Origin: a virus
Lineage: Duplodnaviria; Caudoviricetes
Direction: 5' to 3' (one strand)
Virus record (IMG/VR): IMGVR_UViG_3300030708_000031
Location: 1 to 25,266 of that record
Length of the DNA: 25,266 nucleotides
Position numbers and translations under genes: made by a program. Positions 15,037-24,201 of this stretch are shown piece by piece. The notes below the pieces were generated by a model. The model was given only the letters and a program-made list of their open reading frames with translations, did not search any database and was not told the origin of the DNA. Positions within the stretch are counted from its first letter, which is position 1. The number at the start of each line of letters is the position of its first letter.

Positions 15037-17059
15037 CTGCATCTCCTGTTGGTGTTGGACTAAAGAAATCTGGTATACCGTTTTCTGCTAACCATGTGGC
15101 TACCCAGTTACCTACACCCAAAGCAATATTATCTTTTTGTGTTTGGTCGTACAGCTCTTTTGAGTTTGAAAATTCCATAGCCATTATACCAATCTCATGT
15201 TGTCTTTGCAATATGGATTCGCTTTTTTGAAAATTCCATGCGGCGTTGTCTCTGTACTTTTGCCACAACGTAGCTAAAGCAGTTTGACTAGCGTCAAATA
15301 ATCTTTGTGTGTCAATACGATTAGCTTCGTTTTGCATAGCAGTGTCGGCTGTGTTTACTGCCCTTCTCCATCCTACATCACTTTGTTCAATCGCAAAAGA
15401 CATCTTTGCATCAAACTGAGCATCTGCATCTCTACGTCGTGCATTAAATTGTGCCATCGCGTTTGCTTCACCTGCGTTGAATTGTTCCATTCCCGCTGTT
15501 CTGTTCGCATCGGCTGTTTCAATTTGTGCGCCCAGTTGAGCAAAAACCTGTTCAACTTGCATGTCATTCTTGGCGTTGATTTGACTTCGTAAGTTTTCTT
15601 CTGCACCATCTTTAAATATGGCTTGAGTAAGTGCGTTAAATGAGAGTTCGTTTGAACGCTGTGTCGCACTCATATTTGATGTATCTTTTTTCAATAAGAG
15701 TTGTGCGTTGGTAACTCCTGCTTGAAGACGTGCAGACAAATTAGCTTTGTCCATGCCTGCAATCTGCAAAGCATTTTGCAAGGCCATTTGTTGTTCGCCT
15801 TTTAATTCTTGTAGTTGAAGATTTGCGTACGATTGTGCATCACGTGCAGCGATTGACACACCAGATTCCATAATAGCCTGTGTCATAGCGGCTGCAGCCA
15901 TACTGGACGCACCCAAACCACGTGCTTGCATGATACTAGATACTTTTCGCATGGCAGGAGAAGCCCAAGCAGGAAGAGGTTTTCCTTCCTCTATGCTGCT
16001 CAAAAGGTTTTCCATTTGGTACTTAACAGTGGCCCTTTCATCTAATTCTGCTGTAGGGGCTGTGCCTGTTGCTCCTGTAGATAAAACGCCTTTCGAAAAA
16101 CCTGTGGGGTCAACAACACTAGGGTCTCCTGTTATTTGAGCAGCATCAATCGCACTGCCATAAATTGGTTGCCCTGCTTCATCATAGCCTACAACAGGTC
16201 GCTCTGCTAATAGCTGGTCTCTGATACGCTCTATGTCTGTAACTTCACCCAAACGTAAAGGCTCACCTGTTACAGGGTCTGTTCTATCAGAATCAGGGCG
16301 TCTATAGTCACGTACAATTTCACCTGTTTCAGGGTCTGTTCTAGTTAATCCAACGCTTGCGTCAGTAGCTTTTGTGACAGCTGCTTTCTTCTTCAGAAAT
16401 GGGTCGATTCCAAATCTTTCTTCGCCAAAGGCAGTCTGTATGATTGGCCTTGTATCTAAGAACTTTCCTGTTCTGTCCATCAACTCCGTATCAAACGCTG
16501 CACTCTCAGAATCAGGTATTACTTCTTCTGGCCTACGGTCTCCCAACACAACGTTCATTTGAGGTACGCCACCTTGCATACCTGCAGCAAGAGACCCCAT
16601 TTCATTCTTGAGGTCTTGGTCAGTTGTTATCGCACCCATAGATTGAGCCATCGCACGGGTCTGTCGTCTTCTAGCACCATCTGTCATTTGTTGTTGCATC
16701 TTTCCACTAAAGTCAGCTAACTGTTGGTTTTGTTTTTGTTGTAAAGCATTAACAGCAGCCATTTGTTGTTTTTGTAAAGCATTACTATCAATTTGATTTC
16801 GTTTTTGTAAAAAGGGGTCAACTGTTCCTGCTGGAGGAGGTGTAAATGCTCCGGGCATTTCGGTTGTAAAAAGACCACCTGCTTGCAAGTTAGCATATAA
16901 AGCAGGATTTGCTATTTTATTAAATTGTCTTCTTCTCTCTCTATCAGCCTGTTTTTGAGCATCAGACGTTTCTTCATTATATTTTCTCAAAGCCTGATTA
17001 AACGGAGAATTAATTATCCGATTTACAAAATAAGGTGTTTGAGCGTCGTCCGTTGCCAT
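15023..17059 (-). CDS. Probable internal virion / pilot (DNA-transfer) protein, 678 aa
   Basis: AAGGAAG RBS. Ala/Gln/Asn/Met-rich helical C-terminal half with QFNA repeats, RGLGASSMAAAA, and a terminal amphipathic IALGVGNWVATWL. Confidence 0.65.
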   Translation of the reverse strand: MATDDAQTPYFVNRIINSPFNQALRKYNEETSDAQKQADRERRRQFNKIANPALYANLQAGGLFTTEMPGAFTPPPAGTVDPFLQKRNQIDSNALQKQQMAAVNALQQKQNQQLADFSGKMQQQMTDGARRRQTRAMAQSMGAITTDQDLKNEMGSLAAGMQGGVPQMNVVLGDRRPEEVIPDSESAAFDTELMDRTGKFLDTRPIIQTAFGEERFGIDPFLKKKAAVTKATDASVGLTRTDPETGEIVRDYRRPDSDRTDPVTGEPLRLGEVTDIERIRDQLLAERPVVGYDEAGQPIYGSAIDAAQITGDPSVVDPTGFSKGVLSTGATGTAPTAELDERATVKYQMENLLSSIEEGKPLPAWASPAMRKVSSIMQARGLGASSMAAAAMTQAIMESGVSIAARDAQSYANLQLQELKGEQQMALQNALQIAGMDKANLSARLQAGVTNAQLLLKKDTSNMSATQRSNELSFNALTQAIFKDGAEENLRSQINAKNDMQVEQVFAQLGAQIETADANRTAGMEQFNAGEANAMAQFNARRRDADAQFDAKMSFAIEQSDVGWRRAVNTADTAMQNEANRIDTQRLFDASQTALATLWQKYRDNAAWNFQKSESILQRQHEIGIMAMEFSNSKELYDQTQKDNIALGVGNWVATWLAENGIPDFFSPTPTGDADETS
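16263..16343. repeat. Direct repeat, 2 x 24 bp, 57-bp period, inside the 678-aa gene
   Basis: tcacctgttacagggtctgttcta (16263-16286) and tcacctgtttcagggtctgttcta (16320-16343), one mismatch. Encodes RTDPVTGE / RTDPETGE. Confidence 0.85.
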
Positions 17060-17073
17060 ACGTTACTTCCTTT

Positions 17074-17622
17074 TTATGTCTCATCAGGCCAATCAGCTAT
17101 AGGCGCATTGCCAGTAGGGTTGCCGTCACTGTCAACAGGTGTATCAAACAAAGCCATAAAAGCAGCATGGTCTGCCGCACCATCAATAGCCGCCTCTATC
17201 TGCCCAGACTTAGTACGCACTGCTGCACGATATGTTGTCACGTTTGACGGTATTGTTGCTGTGCTATCTTCAGACTTGCGCGTGACATACCAATCTGTCG
17301 GGGCAAGCAACCCTGCCGCCTGTTGCTTGATGGTTGCTTTCCACTGGCTCTTGAGGCCCAGTGTTACTACCTGCTCACCATTCTCATCTAGTACAGCATT
17401 GCCATCTTCATCGACAGCGTTTACATCATCCAATGCTTTGGGTGTGTTTGCATCCCAGTAGAAACGATTTTCAAACGGTGCTGGTGGGTCTTCCCATGTC
17501 AGCCCTGCCGCAGTCTTGTCGCTGTCTGACCAGATAGCCCAGTTGCGTGGGTGTGTGATGCCGTTGCTGTCTTTCCAACTACGGCCTTCTCTAATAATTC
17601 TGTTGCCTAGTTTCCACGGCAT
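17074..17622 (-). CDS. Tail fibre assembly chaperone-like protein
   Basis: Directly follows the receptor-binding gene. LLAPTDWYVTRKSE...TYRAAVRT...DWP resembles Tfa/DUF4376-type chaperones. AGGAG RBS. Confidence 0.65.
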   Translation of the reverse strand: MPWKLGNRIIREGRSWKDSNGITHPRNWAIWSDSDKTAAGLTWEDPPAPFENRFYWDANTPKALDDVNAVDEDGNAVLDENGEQVVTLGLKSQWKATIKQQAAGLLAPTDWYVTRKSEDSTATIPSNVTTYRAAVRTKSGQIEAAIDGAADHAAFMALFDTPVDSDGNPTGNAPIADWPDET

Positions 17623-17631
17623 AGTTATCTC

Positions 17632-20022
17632 CTATCGAGCATTAGCGTATTTAAATGGTTGTTCTGCAAAGGCAAGGTAAATGTAAGTTTGACCTGATGA
17701 ATTTGCGTTATAATTTGATACTCCCCGATGCTTAAATCCATTAGATAAAATATCTATTGTTTCATTTGCGCCTGTATTTTCTTGGTCGCTTGTATTTGGA
17801 CGTAAATGTTTGTTACTAGCATTATACGTGTTTCTGGCAGTATCGTGGAGAATCCAGTTAGCCGCTATTGAACTACTCTTGAACAAAATCCACGCTGGCC
17901 TAAATCCTGTGTAAATAAACGTACCATCAGAAGACCCATTGCCCGTGTATGAACCAACCTTGCTGTAACCTTCAACACTGTGAAAACAATAGGCTATGTA
18001 GGTAGCACTAGACGCATTGCCATAACCACCAGAACCTAAAGTGAAAACAGAAGAATTAGGTGCGGTATCATTAAATGATGCATCTGATGTTATTCCAGCA
18101 CTAGTTGCATTAAGTTCAAGTCTTTTAGTTGCGCCTAATGATGCAACATAAGTTTGCCAAGGGTCACTTTGGCTTCGTCTTTTAGTAATAAAAAACTCAG
18201 GCGCATGAGCTAGGCCGTGACCCACCGTGGCTCCAGCAGTACCATTGCCAGTATAGCTAACTATACTAAACCCTGCTTCAGTATTTGCAGAAACAGACGA
18301 TGTAATTGTGCCATCAGTGTTGCTTGCCGCAGTGCCACCAGCCAGCCAGTTCCATGATACATAGTTGTGGCTTCCAGAATTATATGCGGCATGGTTGCCG
18401 ACTGTAAATCCATCTGAATCAAAAGATTGCAAAAACTCTGCATTTGTTGATTCTGAACCAGTGCTGTCAGAACTTAGCCGTTTTGTTGCACCACGAACTG
18501 AATCATTTAAAGCGTGTGATGAACCGTTGTAATTTTGTCCTTTAATCCAGACCCAATCAGGTTGGAATCCTACTCCTGTAATTGCGTGACCAGTTGAACC
18601 ATTACCAGCGTACAACACCGTATTAAAATAATCCGTTGGCTCTTCATCCTGTGCAGGGTCTATGGCAGGGTCGGGTAGGTTAGCCGAACAAAGGGCTAAG
18701 AAGCCAGACGGTGGACTGTAATAGAAGTCGCCCTTGCCATTATCGTCTGTGTTGCCCTGCGCTGTCTCGTTGCCAGCAAAAGAACTATCCTGACCAAAAT
18801 TTATCTGAGACTGTGAGCTTGCTTGACCAGCAAAAGCAGGGGCTAGTTCACTTTCTAATCCAGTTACAGTAGTTCCTATTTGGGTGTTATTTTTATAAAA
18901 AGTTATTTCGTTATCGTCCATATTTAGAGCGATACCAATAATATCTCCAGTTGTAGCTGTTGCTAATGAACTCTGCACAGCCGAAGCATTTACATATATA
19001 TAGCCGTTGGTAAGATAGCCATAACTGCCTGTGTTTCCCACATAAGTATTATCCCAGCTAGAAGTTGCCGCACCGTATGTAGGCGTACCGCTAGAATTTC
19101 CAACACGAGCTTCATAGTACCACTTTCCAGAATTTACAAAGTATGTGCTTTTTACTCCAACATTGCTTGCTGATGTATCAATCTCAAGATTACCTTCACT
19201 TAAAGTAACATTAGTTAAGTATTTATCTAACGTATTTAATGTAGCAAAGTTATTCGTAGGGCTATCCAGCACCACATCTGTTGCCGCAAGACCGTTGGAT
19301 GAGAAGTCATTGCCATTGCCGCTTGTGTCATCACCTAACGCAGAACTGTCTTGAAACTTTAGTCTAAATCCGTTTGTGCCAAATGTCAGGCCAGATGTAT
19401 CCTTGGGAATCCAAATGCCAGCCTTTGTTTCACCAAATGAAGTAGGTGCAAGAGATTGCCCATCAATAAAATTAATATCTGTTAAATACCCATCAAAGTT
19501 AAAACTGCCAGAAGTTCTTGCCCCAATGTGATGTGCATTTGTTGAATTAATTTTTAAGTCTGTATTTTGACTAGGATAAGTTGAAGATGAAAAAGATGTT
19601 TGTTCAGTACCGTTTACGTAAAGTCTGGCACGGTCGGTATCTGTTGATTGTGTTGTATCAATTCTTAAAACAACATTATACCAAGCACCGACATCTCTGA
19701 ACTCTGCATCGGTTACTAAGTGTAACTGATAACTACTAACGTAATTTTCTACTTGAAGATTATTACTGGCATCAAATCTAAAAACAAATGTGTTGCTTCC
19801 AGATGTATGTTGAGCCAAAAGAGTTCTTGAAGTACCTAAGTTTCCTAATTTTACCCAGCAACTGTAGGTAAAAGTTTTTTGATTTCCTGTGGATGATGGT
19901 GTAATATTTAAATAAGCATTATCCCCATCTTCAAAACGCAAGGATTGGTCTATGGTGTGTGGATAGAAATCAGCACCACCACTAAAAAACTGTAAAGCAC
20001 CTGCCCCAAATGGACCTGACAT
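17632..20022 (-). CDS. Receptor-binding / distal tail fibre protein: ConA/LamG-like domain, SPRY-like domain and a three-fold YxGNG repeat domain
   Basis: TFTYSCWVK...WYNVVLRID...RLYVNG...FDGYL (LamG-like); SGKWYYE...GDIIGIALNMD...FYKN (SPRY-like); YAGNG/YTGNG/YTGNG repeats. AGGAG RBS. Confidence 0.8.
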   Translation of the reverse strand: MSGPFGAGALQFFSGGADFYPHTIDQSLRFEDGDNAYLNITPSSTGNQKTFTYSCWVKLGNLGTSRTLLAQHTSGSNTFVFRFDASNNLQVENYVSSYQLHLVTDAEFRDVGAWYNVVLRIDTTQSTDTDRARLYVNGTEQTSFSSSTYPSQNTDLKINSTNAHHIGARTSGSFNFDGYLTDINFIDGQSLAPTSFGETKAGIWIPKDTSGLTFGTNGFRLKFQDSSALGDDTSGNGNDFSSNGLAATDVVLDSPTNNFATLNTLDKYLTNVTLSEGNLEIDTSASNVGVKSTYFVNSGKWYYEARVGNSSGTPTYGAATSSWDNTYVGNTGSYGYLTNGYIYVNASAVQSSLATATTGDIIGIALNMDDNEITFYKNNTQIGTTVTGLESELAPAFAGQASSQSQINFGQDSSFAGNETAQGNTDDNGKGDFYYSPPSGFLALCSANLPDPAIDPAQDEEPTDYFNTVLYAGNGSTGHAITGVGFQPDWVWIKGQNYNGSSHALNDSVRGATKRLSSDSTGSESTNAEFLQSFDSDGFTVGNHAAYNSGSHNYVSWNWLAGGTAASNTDGTITSSVSANTEAGFSIVSYTGNGTAGATVGHGLAHAPEFFITKRRSQSDPWQTYVASLGATKRLELNATSAGITSDASFNDTAPNSSVFTLGSGGYGNASSATYIAYCFHSVEGYSKVGSYTGNGSSDGTFIYTGFRPAWILFKSSSIAANWILHDTARNTYNASNKHLRPNTSDQENTGANETIDILSNGFKHRGVSNYNANSSGQTYIYLAFAEQPFKYANAR

Positions 20023-20030
20023 GTTAACTC

Positions 20031-22469
20031 CTAGCTAAATGCTAACTGTGGCGTACCAAGTAGAATGTTACCTGCACTTTGCACAACGTAAGGAACGATA
20101 TCTACGGAACTTGCCGCAGTTGAAAGTGTAAGTCCAGCACCACCTGCTGTTTCGTAATCCGTACCTAGACTTACAGTCCTGCTTCCTGTTCCATCCTGAA
20201 TGAAGATTATGTAACCGGACTGACCTGTATTTTCTGTAGATGGGTTAGCCAGAGTTACATTTCCAGTGAGGGTAAGAATGAAGTTCTGATTTGTATCGAA
20301 ATTCAAGGTTACAGAACCCGAATTTGTTGTATCAGTGTCTGTAGTGGAGTTGGCTACACCAGTGACTGAAACACCGTTTGCTGTGGTTTCTATTTTTTTG
20401 CTGTTGTTGTGATAGAGTTCAACAGCCCCGTCATCTATAAACTTAGCAAGTGTTTCGCCTGACCCCTCAACATTTAACGTACCTGCAACACTTAAATGAC
20501 CATCAGTGCCATCCCAGTGAATAGAAATATCATTGCCTGTACCAAATGATGCTTTAGCGTTATCTGCAAATTCTAAACGGTCATCAGATTTGTCAAATAC
20601 AATGTTATAGTTATCACCAGTAAAAGTAACATCACCTGTAAATGTCCCACCAGCAAGAGGCATAGCAGATATATCAGAAAGAACTTCTGCTGCTGACCTA
20701 CTTTCAAGACCGTTAGCTGTAAAACGTGCAAACTCATCATCAGCTACAGAAGCACTGTCAACTTTAACAGCGTTAGTATTTGATATGCCAAATGTAAGTG
20801 TTGCCTGTGCGCCAATATCAGACAATACTTCTGATGCAGAGCGTCCTTCTATTGTTGTTCCATCAACACGTAAAAAATCATTATCTGCAACACCGCTGGT
20901 AAATGTAGCTACATTACCGCTGGATATACCACTAGATGGTATGTCAGATGTAAGTGCTACTGTGCCTGCAGAACTAGGAAGTGTCACAGTAACATCGGCT
21001 GTGGAAGCAGGACCAATCAGCGTAACTTTATTTGTACCATTATCACTATCTTCAAAAAACTCTAAGAAGCCAGCACTTGTTGCACCATTCTTTAACTGTG
21101 CGCCAGCGTTTACGATTGGAGTAGTCAGTGTTTTATTTGTGAGTGTTTGGGTAGCGGTTGTACCAACAATCTCTTGGTCACCACCCGGTGGAAGAGTTAG
21201 TACGTTTGTAACTGAAGCAGAGTGTGGTTGTGATTTAACTGTTTGACCATGACTATTACTTTCACAATTAAAAACAATTGTACCCGGATTAGAGTTACCT
21301 TTAACTACAACCTTACCTGTGCCGTTAGGAGCAAGGTCAATATCTGCATTAGATGTAGTAACAATATCGTTACCATTCGTATCTAAATCACCGCCTAATT
21401 GCGGAGTACTATCATCTGCTACATTTGATATTGCGGCTGATGAGGCTAATCCAGCTACAACCGCACTTCTTGTAATCTTTTTAAGGCCACCACCCGACGT
21501 ATCTACAGCAAGAAACACATCATCATTAGCAACTGTAGTTATTTCAGATAAACTGCCTACAGCTACTGAATTGAAATTCGTACCATCTGCAATAAGAAGA
21601 TTACCTGCAGTGTTCGTACCCATAGTGATATCATCACCAGAAACAGTCAGGTCTCCTGTAATTACCACATCCTGAGAAAATGTAACGTCACCATCAGACG
21701 CAATTGCTATGGCATCTGTATCAGAGGTATGTCCTATGTTCGTACCGTTGATAACGATGTTATCTACAGTCAACGTTGTTAAAGTACCAACAGATGTCAG
21801 ATTAGGCATCGCTGTAATTTCGTCATCAAAATAGGCAGCAAGGTCAGTGACCGCCACCTGTTTCATTGTGCCATCATCATTCATCACAACACGGTCGGCG
21901 TCTACTACTGTTGTAGAAGATGCAGCTGTGTCGCCATCGATTATGTTTAATTCAGTAGTGGTAACCGTAGCACCGTCCAGTATTTCCAACTCTGCTTCAG
22001 ATATACCTGCACTACCTATTGTAAGCGTACCAGATATGTCGACGTCACCATTGATATCTATCGTTGTTGCAGCAATCTGTACTTCATTGTCTGCTACAAT
22101 ATCCAGTTGCCCATCTGTGCTTGAACTTATGTGAATTGCAGTATCACGAAATTGTACCTTTTCTGTGGTTGCTAATAATATGTCGTCACTAAACTCGAAA
22201 TAATCTTCATCTTCTTTCCAAGTGACTACACCATCATTACTATTTGCATCAAAGGTTACTGCAATATCTGTGTCTGCCCCTGTGCCAAAGGTAATGGTGT
22301 TAGAGACCAATGCAGATATTGGCCCACCTTCTCCTGTCGTACCATCGTGTGTATGCCCTGTACTTGCCGCAAACGCAGCTAGTAGCTGGTCAAACTCATC
22401 ATTGGTATCAGCAGCATTTATAGTATCGCCATCAGCATATGTGGACTGTCTTGTATAATTTGCGCCCAT
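20031..22469 (-). CDS. Tail fibre (proximal) protein, 812 aa
   Basis: N-terminal anchor YTRQS...DEFDQL...GHTHDG (HxH), Thr/Asp/Gly-rich beta repeats, PQLGGDLDTNG and QTLTNKTLT fibre motifs, C-terminal LTLTGNVTLANP...IQDGTGSRT module. Confidence 0.85.
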   Translation of the reverse strand: MGANYTRQSTYADGDTINAADTNDEFDQLLAAFAASTGHTHDGTTGEGGPISALVSNTITFGTGADTDIAVTFDANSNDGVVTWKEDEDYFEFSDDILLATTEKVQFRDTAIHISSSTDGQLDIVADNEVQIAATTIDINGDVDISGTLTIGSAGISEAELEILDGATVTTTELNIIDGDTAASSTTVVDADRVVMNDDGTMKQVAVTDLAAYFDDEITAMPNLTSVGTLTTLTVDNIVINGTNIGHTSDTDAIAIASDGDVTFSQDVVITGDLTVSGDDITMGTNTAGNLLIADGTNFNSVAVGSLSEITTVANDDVFLAVDTSGGGLKKITRSAVVAGLASSAAISNVADDSTPQLGGDLDTNGNDIVTTSNADIDLAPNGTGKVVVKGNSNPGTIVFNCESNSHGQTVKSQPHSASVTNVLTLPPGGDQEIVGTTATQTLTNKTLTTPIVNAGAQLKNGATSAGFLEFFEDSDNGTNKVTLIGPASTADVTVTLPSSAGTVALTSDIPSSGISSGNVATFTSGVADNDFLRVDGTTIEGRSASEVLSDIGAQATLTFGISNTNAVKVDSASVADDEFARFTANGLESRSAAEVLSDISAMPLAGGTFTGDVTFTGDNYNIVFDKSDDRLEFADNAKASFGTGNDISIHWDGTDGHLSVAGTLNVEGSGETLAKFIDDGAVELYHNNSKKIETTANGVSVTGVANSTTDTDTTNSGSVTLNFDTNQNFILTLTGNVTLANPSTENTGQSGYIIFIQDGTGSRTVSLGTDYETAGGAGLTLSTAASSVDIVPYVVQSAGNILLGTPQLAFS

Positions 22470-24200
22470 TTACCTTCTTGCTCCCACTTGAAACTCTAGT
22501 TGAAATCCTTTTAATGTGTAAGGGGCTGTGGCAGTTGCCCCATCTTCTACACGCAGTGCTACTGCAAATCCTGAACCCTCTACTGCCTTACGGACAATCG
22601 GCTGAGACGGACCACCGTACACAGCACTGCCATAAATAGATGACCCATATATACCTGCAACATTCGTACTATCTAAGGGGTACGCTGCAGGACGAGTAGA
22701 CGTGTTCGATTCGTAATCGTACCTGACAAACAAGTCAGCATCAATTGTAGACTCTGGTGCATAGTTTACATTTACCCTTTGCATATGTTTACGCACACCG
22801 GGGTCACCCATACTTAAATCAGGGCTTCTGTATTTAGCATTTATTAATGTACCATCAAACGTATTACCACGTTCTTGTCTGTAAACAAATCCATCAAACC
22901 CCCCGTGCAAAACGATTACATCACCCTCGTCTACAATTGTATCTGCACACGCAGGACGTATACCTTTCAATTGAGAAAACTCAAATGTCTGCCCTTTCAT
23001 AACACAAGTAGCACCAATAGACGACGTTTCTGCTTGCCCTTCTTTTGAAAAGAATATTCGATATTGAGTTTTATCAGGTATGACTAAAGATACAAACGCA
23101 TCAGCATTTGTAAGATTATCTCTAAACAACTGCTGCACATTAGCACTTATTGTACCCAATTCCACGTCACCGATACGTGCTGTACCTGCAACAGTACGAA
23201 GTCCATCTGGTCCTAGAAATACAAGGTCACCTGCAAATTCAAGAATAGTAAACCCATTGATACATCCAATGTTTCTAGTAACAGGAACAACTGCAAAGTC
23301 AGATGACGAACTACCCCCTAACTTAAATATTCTGTTTTCACAAAATATGAACAAATTTTCACGAAACACTTTTAGCCCAACAATTGTATCATCAACTGCA
23401 AAATCACCAGCACCGCTTCCTGTATTAAAAGCGTCCTCATCCGATGGTTGACTAAATACTACCTTTTGTGGATTAGATGCCATACCAGAATAAAACATGT
23501 GGTCTTTAAACGCTACCACGTGCTTTGCCCCAGATACAGAACTTTCACTTACGTCAGATGCTGATAGAGATGTATTGAATATAGTAGGAGCATTTGTTTG
23601 GTCCACTACTATAATTTTATCAGTGCCATCAAAGTTGTACTTTTCAAAGTTGTAACGTTTAGCATTTGTTCTACCAGTATCTCGTACCGTCCAAGATTCA
23701 GACACTACATCATCAACTGCGTGAGCAGCAGCAGACGTACTGCTTGTTGCTCTAGTCACACCCGTAAATGTTGTTGCAGTCTTCCCTGTGTACGTGAATA
23801 TTTCAGAATTTATTTGTAAAGTACCGCTTGAACTAAAACCGTCTGTGCTGTCTACAGTGATTGTACCAGAGCCTGACATGGCAGTGTCACTAGCTATTTT
23901 AGCAGATAGTTCTGTGCTTGCAGAACTAAATATCTTTTCACCTCTTGCTGCTAGTACAAAATTATTAAACTGAGTAGTAAGAAGCACTGCTTCTGTAGAA
24001 ACACTTGTCTCAGGAACAATTTGATTTACAAATGGTCTGAACCCTAATATGCGCTTGTACCCCCCACCAACATCCGGCTCAAAGTTAGTCAACTCAAGAG
24101 CCTGTCCGGGCTGCATGATAAAGGTAGACCTATTTAGCACAAGACCCCCTTCGCAATTAAACGAAAGAGGAGATACACCTTGAAGTTCTAAATCTGGCAT
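22470..24200 (-). CDS. Tail nozzle / tubular protein B-like (P22 gp10 / T7 gp12 position), 576 aa
   Basis: Follows the adaptor and precedes the fibre. Beta-propeller-like motifs (IVGLKVFRENLFIF, NIGCING...DLVFLGPDGLR). Confidence 0.75.
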   Translation of the reverse strand: MPDLELQGVSPLSFNCEGGLVLNRSTFIMQPGQALELTNFEPDVGGGYKRILGFRPFVNQIVPETSVSTEAVLLTTQFNNFVLAARGEKIFSSASTELSAKIASDTAMSGSGTITVDSTDGFSSSGTLQINSEIFTYTGKTATTFTGVTRATSSTSAAAHAVDDVVSESWTVRDTGRTNAKRYNFEKYNFDGTDKIIVVDQTNAPTIFNTSLSASDVSESSVSGAKHVVAFKDHMFYSGMASNPQKVVFSQPSDEDAFNTGSGAGDFAVDDTIVGLKVFRENLFIFCENRIFKLGGSSSSDFAVVPVTRNIGCINGFTILEFAGDLVFLGPDGLRTVAGTARIGDVELGTISANVQQLFRDNLTNADAFVSLVIPDKTQYRIFFSKEGQAETSSIGATCVMKGQTFEFSQLKGIRPACADTIVDEGDVIVLHGGFDGFVYRQERGNTFDGTLINAKYRSPDLSMGDPGVRKHMQRVNVNYAPESTIDADLFVRYDYESNTSTRPAAYPLDSTNVAGIYGSSIYGSAVYGGPSQPIVRKAVEGSGFAVALRVEDGATATAPYTLKGFQLEFQVGARR

Positions 24201-24201
24201 A

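Noticed and set aside
17623-17634. In-frame TAG-GAG-ATA-ACT-ATG junction suggesting read-through fusion of the receptor-binding protein and chaperone
   Set aside because: It is fully explained by an AGGAG RBS overlapping the stop; the equivalent junction at 20023-20033 is out of frame, and one in three junctions is in frame by chance.
17632-20022. Diversity-generating retroelement target
   Set aside because: No reverse transcriptase and no near-identical template/variable repeat pair differing at adenines is visible in the window.
19975-20022. N-terminal ALQFFS resembling the Prp/L27 cleavage motif (LNLQFF/AS)
   Set aside because: It is only a partial match, and Prp processing is known mainly from Firmicutes and their phages, which does not fit this phage type.
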